NCBI GenBank assembly: GCA_902796375.1
Contig: CADBOW010000091.1
Span: 1-32,311, forward strand
Source: an uncultured Lachnospiraceae bacterium
Lineage (GTDB): Bacteria > Bacillota > Clostridia > Lachnospirales > Lachnospiraceae
Direction of reading: 5' to 3'
Length of the DNA stretch: 32,311 nt
The notes beneath the pieces were generated by a model. The model saw nothing but the letters and a program-made list of their open reading frames with translations, searched no databases and was not told the origin of the DNA. Position 1 is the stretch's first letter. Every line of letters starts with the position of its first letter. The translations under genes were made by a program, and so were the position numbers. Shown piece after piece: positions 17,157-26,348 of this stretch.

Positions 17157-17456
17157 TCACCTGATATCCAGGATATTGTCGAATCCTGTGACCTTAAAAA
17201 CATCCAAAACCTGGGGCTGGGAATTGATGATGACCATCTTGCCGCCCTTTGACTCTGCCGTCTTGTTTCCAAGCACCAGCGCACGAAGCCCTGCACTTGA
17301 CATATAGGTCACCCCCTCCAGATTGATGATCAGACTGTTGGTCTTGGTAAAGGACCGGAGCACCATGGTCTGAAATTCTTCACAGGAGACCGCATCGATC
17401 TTTCCCTCTACATTCAGCTGTAACATTCCTTCTGACTTGATTTCTTCGTAATGCAT
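17157..17456 (-). CDS. STAS-domain anti-sigma-factor antagonist (RsbV/SpoIIAA family)
   Basis: 99 aa with VEGKIDA, LIINLEGVTYMSSAGLRAL (conserved phosphorylatable Ser motif) and VLDVFKVTGF. Confidence 0.93.
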   Translation of the reverse strand: MHYEEIKSEGMLQLNVEGKIDAVSCEEFQTMVLRSFTKTNSLIINLEGVTYMSSAGLRALVLGNKTAESKGGKMVIINSQPQVLDVFKVTGFDNILDIR

Positions 17457-17473
17457 GGTTGTCGAATTCCTTT

Positions 17474-18568
17474 CTATTTCAACACTACCGTACCGTCCAG
17501 AGAAAGACCGCTGTCAAGCTCGGCAGCATGCTCCTCCGGAAGTCTGGTGTTAATGTCCAGATAGGTCCTGGAGTCTGTCACAGGGGTTTCATCCATCTGA
17601 ACGATATTGATCCTGGTCCGGATCGGCTTAAACTGATTCAGCATATATACGATCCTGTGACGCAGTTCCTCCGTCAGCTTCCCGGGAACCATGACGGTCA
17701 CATCGTAGATCCCCCGGGGCTTAAAGCCTTCCGGAACCTCTATCTTCTCTTCCCGGATCCAGGAGCGGAGCAGATTATGCTCCACCACTACGGCACGTCG
17801 TCCCAGGATGATCTCCAGGACCCGCTCGATGGCGCGCTTCGTCCCCTTCAGCCGGTTCAGGTTATAGGCTTCCCGCACAAACGCCCGCATCATATCCTCA
17901 TCCAGAGATCCTCCCTCCAGATCGATCCCCAGCCAGGAGCCGTAAACGATCAGAAGCTCCTTCGGACACTCATCCGGATTCAGAAGCTGCGGAAGCCGGT
18001 CGATATCCTGTTCAAAGTCATTGTAAATACTTGAAAAAATGGAAATGTACCGATGGAAGAAGCTGTTTCTGTCTCTGTATACCTCCGGATAGGTGGCCAT
18101 AAAATTATCTCCCACCGAATCCACGGTGAGATCGGAGATCACCAGTTCTCCTTCTCCGGCCGCCATGATCGCAATATAGAGATACTGCCCTTTCAGCTCA
18201 TAAAGCAGAATATCCGATCTTCCATAATACCGAACGGCTCCCAGCTTCTGAAGAACATACTTCTTCGAATCAACCGGGATATCCGGTTTGGTCAGAAGCA
18301 CATCCAGATCAACGGCAACGCCGCCGATCTCACGAACCTTATGATTCACCGCCAGTAAATAGATGCTGTAGGCCCGGTCCTCCGAACACTTCACGTTAAA
18401 GAACAGACGTCCCCACTCCGCATCCGGCCTGGATCCGTCGATCCCCCGCAGGAAGACCCCATGACTGTCCGCTGTCTGTATCAGTTCCAGCCTTGCCTGA
18501 TCGTCATAGGTAAATCCTGTTACACATCCGGCCTTTATTCGATTTTTTCTGATTGTATATTTAGCCAT
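17474..18568 (-). CDS. Phage tail/baseplate protein, P2 gpI-like (CIS wedge) with N-terminal extension
   Basis: YPEVYR...FFHRYISIF...IDRLPQLLNPDECPKELL..YGSWLG...AYNLNRLKGTKRAIERVL is the gpI-like pattern that follows baseplate J genes in CIS loci. Confidence 0.82.
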   Translation of the reverse strand: MAKYTIRKNRIKAGCVTGFTYDDQARLELIQTADSHGVFLRGIDGSRPDAEWGRLFFNVKCSEDRAYSIYLLAVNHKVREIGGVAVDLDVLLTKPDIPVDSKKYVLQKLGAVRYYGRSDILLYELKGQYLYIAIMAAGEGELVISDLTVDSVGDNFMATYPEVYRDRNSFFHRYISIFSSIYNDFEQDIDRLPQLLNPDECPKELLIVYGSWLGIDLEGGSLDEDMMRAFVREAYNLNRLKGTKRAIERVLEIILGRRAVVVEHNLLRSWIREEKIEVPEGFKPRGIYDVTVMVPGKLTEELRHRIVYMLNQFKPIRTRINIVQMDETPVTDSRTYLDINTRLPEEHAAELDSGLSLDGTVVLK

Positions 18569-18569
18569 A

Positions 18570-20678
18570 TCACTTAACCGCTATAGAAGTTATGATGGTT
18601 TCCAGCATGATCTGTCCCGGATACAGGAGACAGTTCTCAGAGGGATAGATATTTCCGTCCCGGAGCATGGCATTCTTCAGATTCTCCGGCTGCATGAACA
18701 GATCATATACATAGTCCACACAGTCCAGATTCTCGATCCCTGCAAATACCTCTTCAAAGGTCAGCGGGTCTCCGAAATTCTTATCCCCGTCGATATAATT
18801 CAGCAGCTGCTTTACCCGATCTTCAATCTGCTGTCTGCTGTCCGAAAACTGACGTTTCACATAGACCGTCAGCTTGACGGACACTCCCACATAAACGGGA
18901 GAAAGGATCTGAAACCGGGTGGTGATCAGTCTACGCTCGTACAGCGTATGCCGGATGGTATCTATGTACTGTTTGCTGAGCCGGGGGAACTCGTCGTCCG
19001 TTCCCGGCAGAACCGCAATGTGGACCAGATTATCCAACTCGTCCATCACTGCCCGGATCTTCCGGATGCACAGTCCCGGAGCAGACGCGGCCGCTCTTTC
19101 ATAATCCTCGGCGGTGATACAGGTATAGGGTGTATATACATCCTCCCGAAATCTCTCCTGAACCTCCTTCAGCGTCTCCCGGAAAACGCCGCCGGTTCCC
19201 GGTCCCGGATTGTAGAATACCGGTTCATCACTGAGCTCCGGTGCAAGAAAATAATTTCCCGCACGTACATTTCCCTTCGGTCCTTCCGTCACCGCCAGAG
19301 AACCGATATACAGCTCCGCTCCGATATAATCCCCCGGATCCTCGATCACGATCCTGCCGTCATTCTCCATCAGATGGTAGGTGAGTGCGTCATCCTCCTT
19401 CTTTCCGGGACGGACAAAATCGAAATACTCTTCTCCCTCGTCATCCACCCTCTTTGCGATCAGCAGAAAACTGTCCGGAACGATATGGGAGAAAGGAAGC
19501 TCGATCTCCTGGTCATCATATCCGACCACGCGGCCCACATGATACTGCCGCATCACCTCTTCGCTGTAGATCACGATCCGGACTGCATCCTTCACCCTGG
19601 AGGGTTCGTAACCGAAGCTCTTTCTGTCAAAGGTCAGCGTGAATTCTCCATTTCCCTTTTTTTCATATAGGCAGTATCTGCCCCTCTGCCCGGTATAATG
19701 GGAAAGCTCGTATCTTCGATAGGAATTCCCCCGGACCTCTCTTCCGAAGCACAGGATGTATCCCTCATCCTTCATGGGACTCTGAACCCGGATCCTGTCC
19801 GTTCTCTGATAGGTAAGAGTCAGTGCCCTGGTATCCTTCTGCCATACCTCGAACAGAAAAGCATCCACTTCCATAATACAGGGCCTGATATCATAATTTG
19901 CGGTGAGCAATGTAGCCCTGATGCAGTATCCGCTGAGATCATCCAGCGTATACTCCGCATATTCCATATCCTGCGGAAACTTCAGCTTGATCTCACCGCT
20001 TTCCAGAAGCGCTCCTGTGAAATCCTTGACCTTGATCTCCTGGAAACCTTTTTTTGTATAACACTCCCACTGAAAGGATGCGAATATATTTTCCGACCTG
20101 TCGATCAGCGGATTTCGCTGAAATGCGGAATTGATCTGAATGAAGAATGAGGTCTCGCTTCCGGGTGCCGGCAGGGAATCACAGATAAAATAAATCTCAT
20201 CTCCAACCTTCGGATCATTTCCGAACACCTTTGCCGGCAGAACCATTTCCCTGTCCAGCAGATGACCATGATCGTGAAATGCCCCGTCATAATAGGAACG
20301 GATCCCCACCAGATGACAGTCCCCCACATCCTGGGCCCGTCTTGTTTCAAAGACCATATTCCCGATGGAAAAGCGCTGATTGTTATTGAGATGTGTTTTA
20401 CCCTTCAGACCATCCGCCGTCAGCAGAAGCCTGGCGCATTTTCCTTTTCTGGCTTCAAAGCCCACCATCTTCAGAAGCGCTCTTTTCGCATCATCGCTGA
20501 TCATGGTGATCCGCGACCCCTGAAGTGCTTCAAACAGGATCAGGTTTTCCAGGATCGTGATACCCGGATCCGACGGATTATGGTTGGTCCATTCATCCGT
20601 GATAAGCGGGATGGCTGATATCGCATCCGCCATCCTCTCTTCAAATGTTCTTCCTTTTGTTTCATCCAGTCTAAGCAA
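18570..20678 (-). CDS. Baseplate J/gp6-like wedge protein
   Basis: EWTNHNPSDPGITILE, GPKGNVRAG, GTGGVFRETL, CITAEDYE and ERRLITT...PVYVGVSV; TTG start after GAGAGG. Confidence 0.88.
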   Translation of the reverse strand: MLRLDETKGRTFEERMADAISAIPLITDEWTNHNPSDPGITILENLILFEALQGSRITMISDDAKRALLKMVGFEARKGKCARLLLTADGLKGKTHLNNNQRFSIGNMVFETRRAQDVGDCHLVGIRSYYDGAFHDHGHLLDREMVLPAKVFGNDPKVGDEIYFICDSLPAPGSETSFFIQINSAFQRNPLIDRSENIFASFQWECYTKKGFQEIKVKDFTGALLESGEIKLKFPQDMEYAEYTLDDLSGYCIRATLLTANYDIRPCIMEVDAFLFEVWQKDTRALTLTYQRTDRIRVQSPMKDEGYILCFGREVRGNSYRRYELSHYTGQRGRYCLYEKKGNGEFTLTFDRKSFGYEPSRVKDAVRIVIYSEEVMRQYHVGRVVGYDDQEIELPFSHIVPDSFLLIAKRVDDEGEEYFDFVRPGKKEDDALTYHLMENDGRIVIEDPGDYIGAELYIGSLAVTEGPKGNVRAGNYFLAPELSDEPVFYNPGPGTGGVFRETLKEVQERFREDVYTPYTCITAEDYERAAASAPGLCIRKIRAVMDELDNLVHIAVLPGTDDEFPRLSKQYIDTIRHTLYERRLITTRFQILSPVYVGVSVKLTVYVKRQFSDSRQQIEDRVKQLLNYIDGDKNFGDPLTFEEVFAGIENLDCVDYVYDLFMQPENLKNAMLRDGNIYPSENCLLYPGQIMLETIITSIAVK

Positions 20679-20690
20679 TCAGAAAACCTC

Positions 20691-23600
20691 TCAATCGTAT
20701 TCGATATATACTTTATGCTCTCCCGACCTGACGGCCATGAAGGGAGACTCCTTCATATCTTCGATATCCATCGTATGCTCTCCGTCCTTGTCCACGTAGT
20801 GCACACTGATCACGGCCTTTTTCATCACAGCCAGATTCTTCATCGTTCCCAGCTTCATCATGATCTGAGCCTTCTTGGGGATCACGCCGATGGGCCAGCC
20901 GTTGCTCCCCGATCCGGATACAGGATCAAAGTATTCCTCCAGCAGGGTGACAATGGCGTTCTGGGTTTCAAAGCTCTCCTCTTCATTCCGGACCATGGCC
21001 CATACGGAAACCGAAATCGACACGAAGATCGGCTCCACCACAAATACATGGTCCGGTGATATGGTCACCGGAGAATGCTCCAGCAGGTATTCCTTCAACG
21101 GTCCTGCGATCCGATGGAAGGAGAAGGAGCCTTCCATATAGTCCTTCATCAGTAGAACAAAGGAAATGTACTGGGGCTTCTTTCTTCCGTCTACCGTCTC
21201 TCCGGTCACACAGACCGCAGCTTCAATACTGTCGGAGAAGCCGAGGATCGTATATATATAATCCTTGTCCGATACCAGCCGTCCCCGGCTGGAAAGCAGA
21301 TTCGCACCCCGACGGAAGGCCTCCGGTACCGTTTCAAGATCCGAGCCTCCATAGGCACGGACGGGATTATGAACACGATCGATGTACAGCTCGGTTCCCA
21401 CGGTCTCGCTGATCGCTCCGACCTCAACATTTCCGGCTGCCCCGTCGCTGGTCCGTACCCTGACCTTGAAAGCTACGTCATCCGTAACTCTCGGCATCAT
21501 GGCCTTCACGCCATCGGAGAAGATCAGTTCTCCGTTCAGACGATCGATCATATAGCATCGTGGTTCCTTCGTGGTATCAAATCCCGAAGTCTCACTCCAT
21601 TTCACATAAACTGCAGACAGACCTCCCAGCACGTCCGTTTCGATCCGGATATTCTCAGGGTGTTCGATCAGCATCCGATCGATCTCCCCCTTCCGGATAC
21701 TTCTTTTTTCATTCACCCACACCTCGGCATCCAGCACGTTCCTGTGTCCCAGGGGGAAATGCTGATTCGGAGTCGTATCGTCCAGATAGAAATCCACTTC
21801 CTTATCCGTGACCGTATTTGTAACATAGATCACATTAGTCAGCACCTTGCGGATACGGGGCAGGAACAGCCTGCTCTCTTTTTCCTCCTGCACCTTGTTT
21901 CTGCGGATCCGGATCCAGTATCTTCCCCTTCCCTCCAGCTCCGTACGGTGCATATCCGACGGCGGCATGAAGATCACCGCGCCGGATCTGGAGAAATCCT
22001 TCGTATTATCCACGATCTTCAATGGTTTGAAGCCCTCCGGCGCGCTGTACTCAAACCGGCATTTCAGTTCATTCATATTGAGCTGATCCTCCAGCTCAAA
22101 ATACAGACTCACCGGACCGCCCTCGATCCGATTGTTAAAGCCCAGATAGAGCGCATCATCATTGTAAGCGCCTCCGGAAATGGCCATAAACCTCTGCCCC
22201 GTCCGGATCTGATCCGTGATCTCCTGTTTCCCGGTTCCCGTGATCCGGTAGAGCCGGTCCGGATCCACGAAATGACCTTCATAGGTAAACTCCGCCCGAA
22301 AATGCTCCACCACAGGATAGTGATGGACTCCGGGGCGCAGATAACAGTTATCCGACTGCAGCAGCCGAAGACGTATGGCTCTTCCGTAATATGCTCCCAC
22401 CTGGATCCTGGCCCAGTCCCCGGGGCAGACAAAGCTGAGTGTGATGCTTCCGGTTCCGGCGCCGGAGAAAAGTCCGGACACATCCGTATCCGTAGGGAGC
22501 TTCTTCCATCCAAGCCCGTTGAAGTATTCCATGCTGACTTCATCGCAGTAGGCTTCCGACGGTATATCGGAGAGAAGCATTTTCGGCTTCTTCTTTATGA
22601 TCTTCAGTTCCGCCTCTTCCTCCTGTCTTGACAGGAACAGGCTTCTGTCCCGGTGCCCCACCTGGAAATGTACCGTGACCCTGGAACCTCCCTTTGAGAA
22701 ATACAGATCCTGTCCGATATAGCACTCATTGTAAAGGGACAGCGTATCGGAAAAAGGTGCAAATGCCTCCACATCCAGATCTGTCGTTCCATCGGTAACG
22801 AAATCCGCCTGTCTTTCCTTGCCGGAGGATGAAAGACCGATGCCTGACAGCTCCTCTGCAGACCTGACGATCCCGGTTGCCTCCAGTGTTACAACCGCAT
22901 AGCTCCGTCCGCCTACGATCAGGTGCTTGCATTTCTCATGCTTCTTCACCTCTACGGTGATCCCATCCTTCAGGACCTCCACAAAGTCAAATCTCCGGAA
23001 GCCGGATTCTGCATAGTACCGAAGCACATACTCCTCATTCCGGATCTTCTCCATGATATCCGAGCTTCCCTCCAGCCGAAGGTAGATGGGTTCATCCTCG
23101 ATGTCAAACAGGGACTCATGGTAGAGGACAAGCGCACTTCTGGATATATTCCCGACCTCGGAAAACAGCACAAAAGGACGCAGCTTTCCCATATTTCCGG
23201 AATACCGCGGTTCCTTCCCCGTAGAGACTTCCTCGCCGGCCTCTTCGGTCCCCGGCTCTTCCTCTCCCGTCCGGTCCACTTCTCCCTCCAGCAGGGAAAC
23301 CGGTGCAAAATCCCCAAGCAGGGGAACAAAGCTGCCCTCTTCCCGATCCGTCATAAAGGCATCCGTGATCCGGGAATTGGTAACATACACATCCCGGTCG
23401 GTCTCAAAGATCACCTGACCGCTGTCCGTATGCTCAGATGCAGCCACCAGTCTGGTTCCCTTTCGGATCTGCGTTCCGGGGATCGTATCCTCAACCAGGG
23501 AAAACTGAACGATACTTCCCGCAGGCTTCGCTGCCTGTAAGGAGAGATCCAGCATGTTTACAAACTCCACGTGGAACCGATCCATCATGAGATTCTCCAG

Positions 23601-23756
23601 ATCGATATTCTCCTTCATTGACAGGGCAAAGATCCTTGCGATGGCTGCGCCGATATCCGCATGCTCCGGATCATAATTCCACTCCGGAACATATCCCCGC
23701 GCGAGTTCACGTATTCTGTTTTCTATATCCTGCACTCCGCGGCGATCTAAGTCCAA
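20691..23756 (-). CDS. Large baseplate J-like wedge protein (Afp11/Afp12 class)
   Basis: LARGYVPEW...DIGAAIARIF, IRKGTRL, IFETDRD, YWIRIR, YMIDRLNGELIFSDG, GAAGNV, AYGGSDLET, RGRLVSDKDY and GWPIG; overlaps the gp25 gene by 10 nt. Confidence 0.88.
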   Translation of the reverse strand: MDLDRRGVQDIENRIRELARGYVPEWNYDPEHADIGAAIARIFALSMKENIDLENLMMDRFHVEFVNMLDLSLQAAKPAGSIVQFSLVEDTIPGTQIRKGTRLVAASEHTDSGQVIFETDRDVYVTNSRITDAFMTDREEGSFVPLLGDFAPVSLLEGEVDRTGEEEPGTEEAGEEVSTGKEPRYSGNMGKLRPFVLFSEVGNISRSALVLYHESLFDIEDEPIYLRLEGSSDIMEKIRNEEYVLRYYAESGFRRFDFVEVLKDGITVEVKKHEKCKHLIVGGRSYAVVTLEATGIVRSAEELSGIGLSSSGKERQADFVTDGTTDLDVEAFAPFSDTLSLYNECYIGQDLYFSKGGSRVTVHFQVGHRDRSLFLSRQEEEAELKIIKKKPKMLLSDIPSEAYCDEVSMEYFNGLGWKKLPTDTDVSGLFSGAGTGSITLSFVCPGDWARIQVGAYYGRAIRLRLLQSDNCYLRPGVHHYPVVEHFRAEFTYEGHFVDPDRLYRITGTGKQEITDQIRTGQRFMAISGGAYNDDALYLGFNNRIEGGPVSLYFELEDQLNMNELKCRFEYSAPEGFKPLKIVDNTKDFSRSGAVIFMPPSDMHRTELEGRGRYWIRIRRNKVQEEKESRLFLPRIRKVLTNVIYVTNTVTDKEVDFYLDDTTPNQHFPLGHRNVLDAEVWVNEKRSIRKGEIDRMLIEHPENIRIETDVLGGLSAVYVKWSETSGFDTTKEPRCYMIDRLNGELIFSDGVKAMMPRVTDDVAFKVRVRTSDGAAGNVEVGAISETVGTELYIDRVHNPVRAYGGSDLETVPEAFRRGANLLSSRGRLVSDKDYIYTILGFSDSIEAAVCVTGETVDGRKKPQYISFVLLMKDYMEGSFSFHRIAGPLKEYLLEHSPVTISPDHVFVVEPIFVSISVSVWAMVRNEEESFETQNAIVTLLEEYFDPVSGSGSNGWPIGVIPKKAQIMMKLGTMKNLAVMKKAVISVHYVDKDGEHTMDIEDMKESPFMAVRSGEHKVYIEYD

Positions 23757-24229
23757 TCCTCGTCATCCTCCATCATCGTTTCATCATCATAATACCTTTT
23801 CTCCAAAGGCTCGATCTCTGTTTCTTCCTCTGCAGTTCCGCCCCGGTCAAGGTAGAACGGAAATACCAGATTGTCTCTGGTATTTGTGGAGGTTACCAGA
23901 TAGTTGATATGTATGATCACGGCTCCCCGCTCCTCCCGGAATTCCGTCTCCACACTGATGTCCGCGATCCTCGGTTCCTGCTGCAGAAGTGTCTGAGTGA
24001 TATCCCGCCGGAGGATCGACATCATGGTTGTATTCGTATCCATAAATGCGTAATTCATGATGTCACTCCCGAACTCCGGCCGTACGATCCGTTCCGTAAC
24101 CTGAGTCATCAGAATGAGGTAGATGGCCTCCTTTACGGATCTGTTCCCCGATACGGTCATGATATGTCCGGTTGCAGGATCCACCTGCAGCGGAAACTTT
24201 GCTCCTGTTCCTAAAAACTTATTATCCAT
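23747..24229 (-). CDS. GPW/gp25-family baseplate protein (sheath initiator, Afp9-like)
   Basis: FLGTGAKFP, VKEAIYLILMTQVTERIVRPEFGS, QQEPRI and NLVFPFYL, with an acidic C-terminal tail. Confidence 0.92.
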   Translation of the reverse strand: MDNKFLGTGAKFPLQVDPATGHIMTVSGNRSVKEAIYLILMTQVTERIVRPEFGSDIMNYAFMDTNTTMMSILRRDITQTLLQQEPRIADISVETEFREERGAVIIHINYLVTSTNTRDNLVFPFYLDRGGTAEEETEIEPLEKRYYDDETMMEDDEDWT

Positions 24230-24239
24230 GGCATATCCT

Positions 24240-25109
24240 CTATCCCAGCTTGATGGGCGTTCCGGAAACCTCCACCAGTCCGCCGCTGGATACCTTCATA
24301 CTGCCTCCGGCCTCCAGTGTCACATTTGAGCCCTTGAAATTCGCTCTGCTCTGGCTCTCGATCCCTATGGAATCATCCGCCTGTACCGTTACCTTCTTTG
24401 CCTTCAGCGTAACGGCACCCGTTTCACCGTTCATGATCAGCGAAACATTGTCCCCCACCTTTACGGTCAGCTTCTTCGCCGCCTTCAGTTCGATAGATCC
24501 CTTTTCGGGATCGGAGTTGATCCTGACCTGATTCCCGCCCTCCTTGTCGGAAAGCTCGATCATTTTTTTATCATTGTTCAAAACCAGCCGGTGAGAGGCA
24601 AGGGCTGTCTGGATCGTGATCACATCCTGGGAGCCCGGTTGATCTCCGCCGCCCTCCTGACCGTCATCCCCTGAATTATCCTCGAAAATGATGGAGCTTC
24701 CGTTTCTGGTAACGATCTTCTTATATTTATTCTTCTCGTCCCTGGAACCCGTCAGGATCTTATCGTTTGTTTTCGGAATGCATCCGATCACATAAGCCCG
24801 CTCTATATTTCCTTCCTCAAAGGCAACCAGGACCAGATCACCCACCTCGGGAATAAAATAATGTCCCCACATACCGCCGGAGGAGGGCATCGCCACTCTG
24901 GCCCAGAGGAGTCTGGTACTGTCCGCCTCATCTTCTCCGCCTTCCCCCTGCTCCCGGGAAAGCAGGATCACACTGACGCGTCCCGACATATTCTCATCGT
25001 AGTTCTTTACCACCTTGCCCAGCATGATCCCCATGATCCGGGAATCCCCGGTATCGGTCTTCTCCATTTTCTTCCTGGAGACGTCTTCTATGATGTCAAA
25101 GATAGCCAT
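24240..25109 (-). CDS. Spike protein: gp5/gpV OB-fold plus beta-helix (VgrG C-terminal half)
   Basis: GKVVKNYD..MSGRVSV, WARVAMPSSGGMWGHYFIPEVGDLVLVAFEEG...YVIGC, TRNGSSIIFED, then 8-residue beta repeats ending in VEVSGTPIKLG. Confidence 0.9.
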   Translation of the reverse strand: MAIFDIIEDVSRKKMEKTDTGDSRIMGIMLGKVVKNYDENMSGRVSVILLSREQGEGGEDEADSTRLLWARVAMPSSGGMWGHYFIPEVGDLVLVAFEEGNIERAYVIGCIPKTNDKILTGSRDEKNKYKKIVTRNGSSIIFEDNSGDDGQEGGGDQPGSQDVITIQTALASHRLVLNNDKKMIELSDKEGGNQVRINSDPEKGSIELKAAKKLTVKVGDNVSLIMNGETGAVTLKAKKVTVQADDSIGIESQSRANFKGSNVTLEAGGSMKVSSGGLVEVSGTPIKLG

Positions 25110-25168
25110 ACTTCTTCCTCTTTCCGATCCGGTTCACGATCACGGAGCTCCTGTGAGCCGGAGTTCTT

Positions 25169-26329
25169 TCAATGTCCGATCTTGTTGGCGCAGCCCTCAA
25201 ATGTGGTCCGGTATCTCCCGTCCATGAAGGTATGCCTTACGTTCGTCAGATAAAACTCATTGTTCACCGGAGTTCCGAAATCCTCCAGTGTGATAAATCT
25301 TCCCGGTACGATCTCCGGTATTCCGAGGATCTCTCCGTTCACGCTGCCCAGCCGGTAGCCCATGGTCTCCAGCAGGTAGGATGCTCTGTATCCGGCCTCC
25401 TCCTTGCTGTCCGTGGTGGGATCGATATAGACCATCGACTGCTTGTCCAGCAGCGGTTTCGCCTTGTTCCCCAGGGAGATCTTGTTTTTGTTCTGCTTTC
25501 TGTCCCCGATATACTTGCCCTGAGCCATATCGATATTCCGGACCACAACCTCCTTCACCAGGCCGGTCATGTCATATCCCACATCAATATTCATAATACC
25601 GAATCCCGGTTTCAGGACCATAAGCGGCGTCTGGTTCTTCTTTGCCTCGATAAAATAGAGGGTCTTTCCCACCACAAAAAAGTCGAAATTATATCTTTTG
25701 GCGGCTTTCACTATGAATTCATAGTCGCTCTCCTCCACCATTTCAACTCTTCGGTCCGTAGTCTGGCCTCCCCCGGCACCTCCGGGCGGCCGATCCGGTG
25801 TTGTTCCGATATTCATCTCCATGAACAGGGATCCACCGGGGCCGGTTTCCTGAAAGATCGGATAGTTCTCCAGGATCTCCTTCACCGCATCACTGAAATA
25901 CAGGGCCTTCAGCTTCCTCGAATGACGGTTGGCCATCATAAGTCCCTTCACATCCATACAGGTCAGCTCCACGGAGGGTCTTCCCTCATTTCCGTCGGAA
26001 GGGACGATGAAATGCACCTTTGCTATAAATCCACGAAACACCTCCCGAAGAGTCTGGGCATATCCCATATAGATCACGATGGTGGAGCCGAGATACATAA
26101 ACTGCTTGGTCTTCTTGATCTCAAATTTCCGGCTGAGATCATCATATACTCCGCCCAGGGTCACCGTAGCGATGGAAGCTTCATACCCTGCCGTAAGCTC
26201 CACCTCAATGTCCCTTACGTTCAGAAGCTGCTGGTCATCCATCTCCGTACCGTCGATAAAAACCGTAGCCTTCGGTTCCCGGAAGCCCTCATAGCCCTGT
26301 TTTATTTTGCTGAATTCAAATTCTGCCAT
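25169..26329 (-). CDS. Phage late-control D / gp27-like baseplate hub (VgrG N-terminal half)
   Basis: IVIYMGY...VFRGFI, VELTCMD, ESDYEFIVKAAKRYNFDFFV..KTLYF, GIPEIVPGRFITL.DFG...FYLTNVRHTF..GRYRTTFE. Confidence 0.88.
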   Translation of the reverse strand: MAEFEFSKIKQGYEGFREPKATVFIDGTEMDDQQLLNVRDIEVELTAGYEASIATVTLGGVYDDLSRKFEIKKTKQFMYLGSTIVIYMGYAQTLREVFRGFIAKVHFIVPSDGNEGRPSVELTCMDVKGLMMANRHSRKLKALYFSDAVKEILENYPIFQETGPGGSLFMEMNIGTTPDRPPGGAGGGQTTDRRVEMVEESDYEFIVKAAKRYNFDFFVVGKTLYFIEAKKNQTPLMVLKPGFGIMNIDVGYDMTGLVKEVVVRNIDMAQGKYIGDRKQNKNKISLGNKAKPLLDKQSMVYIDPTTDSKEEAGYRASYLLETMGYRLGSVNGEILGIPEIVPGRFITLEDFGTPVNNEFYLTNVRHTFMDGRYRTTFEGCANKIGH

Positions 26330-26348
26330 AGTTCAAATGATCCGATCA

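Noticed and set aside
17177-17466. Two TGTCGAA Spo0A-box-like heptamers around the STAS gene
   Set aside because: A 7-mer is expected a few times by chance in 32 kb; one copy is in coding sequence and the other in an RBS spacer, with no promoter nearby.
12793-26329. Canonical type VI secretion system
   Set aside because: No TssJLM, TssK or TssA is recognisable, and the ATPase lacks ClpV architecture (it has one degenerate and one intact AAA domain of the Afp15 type).
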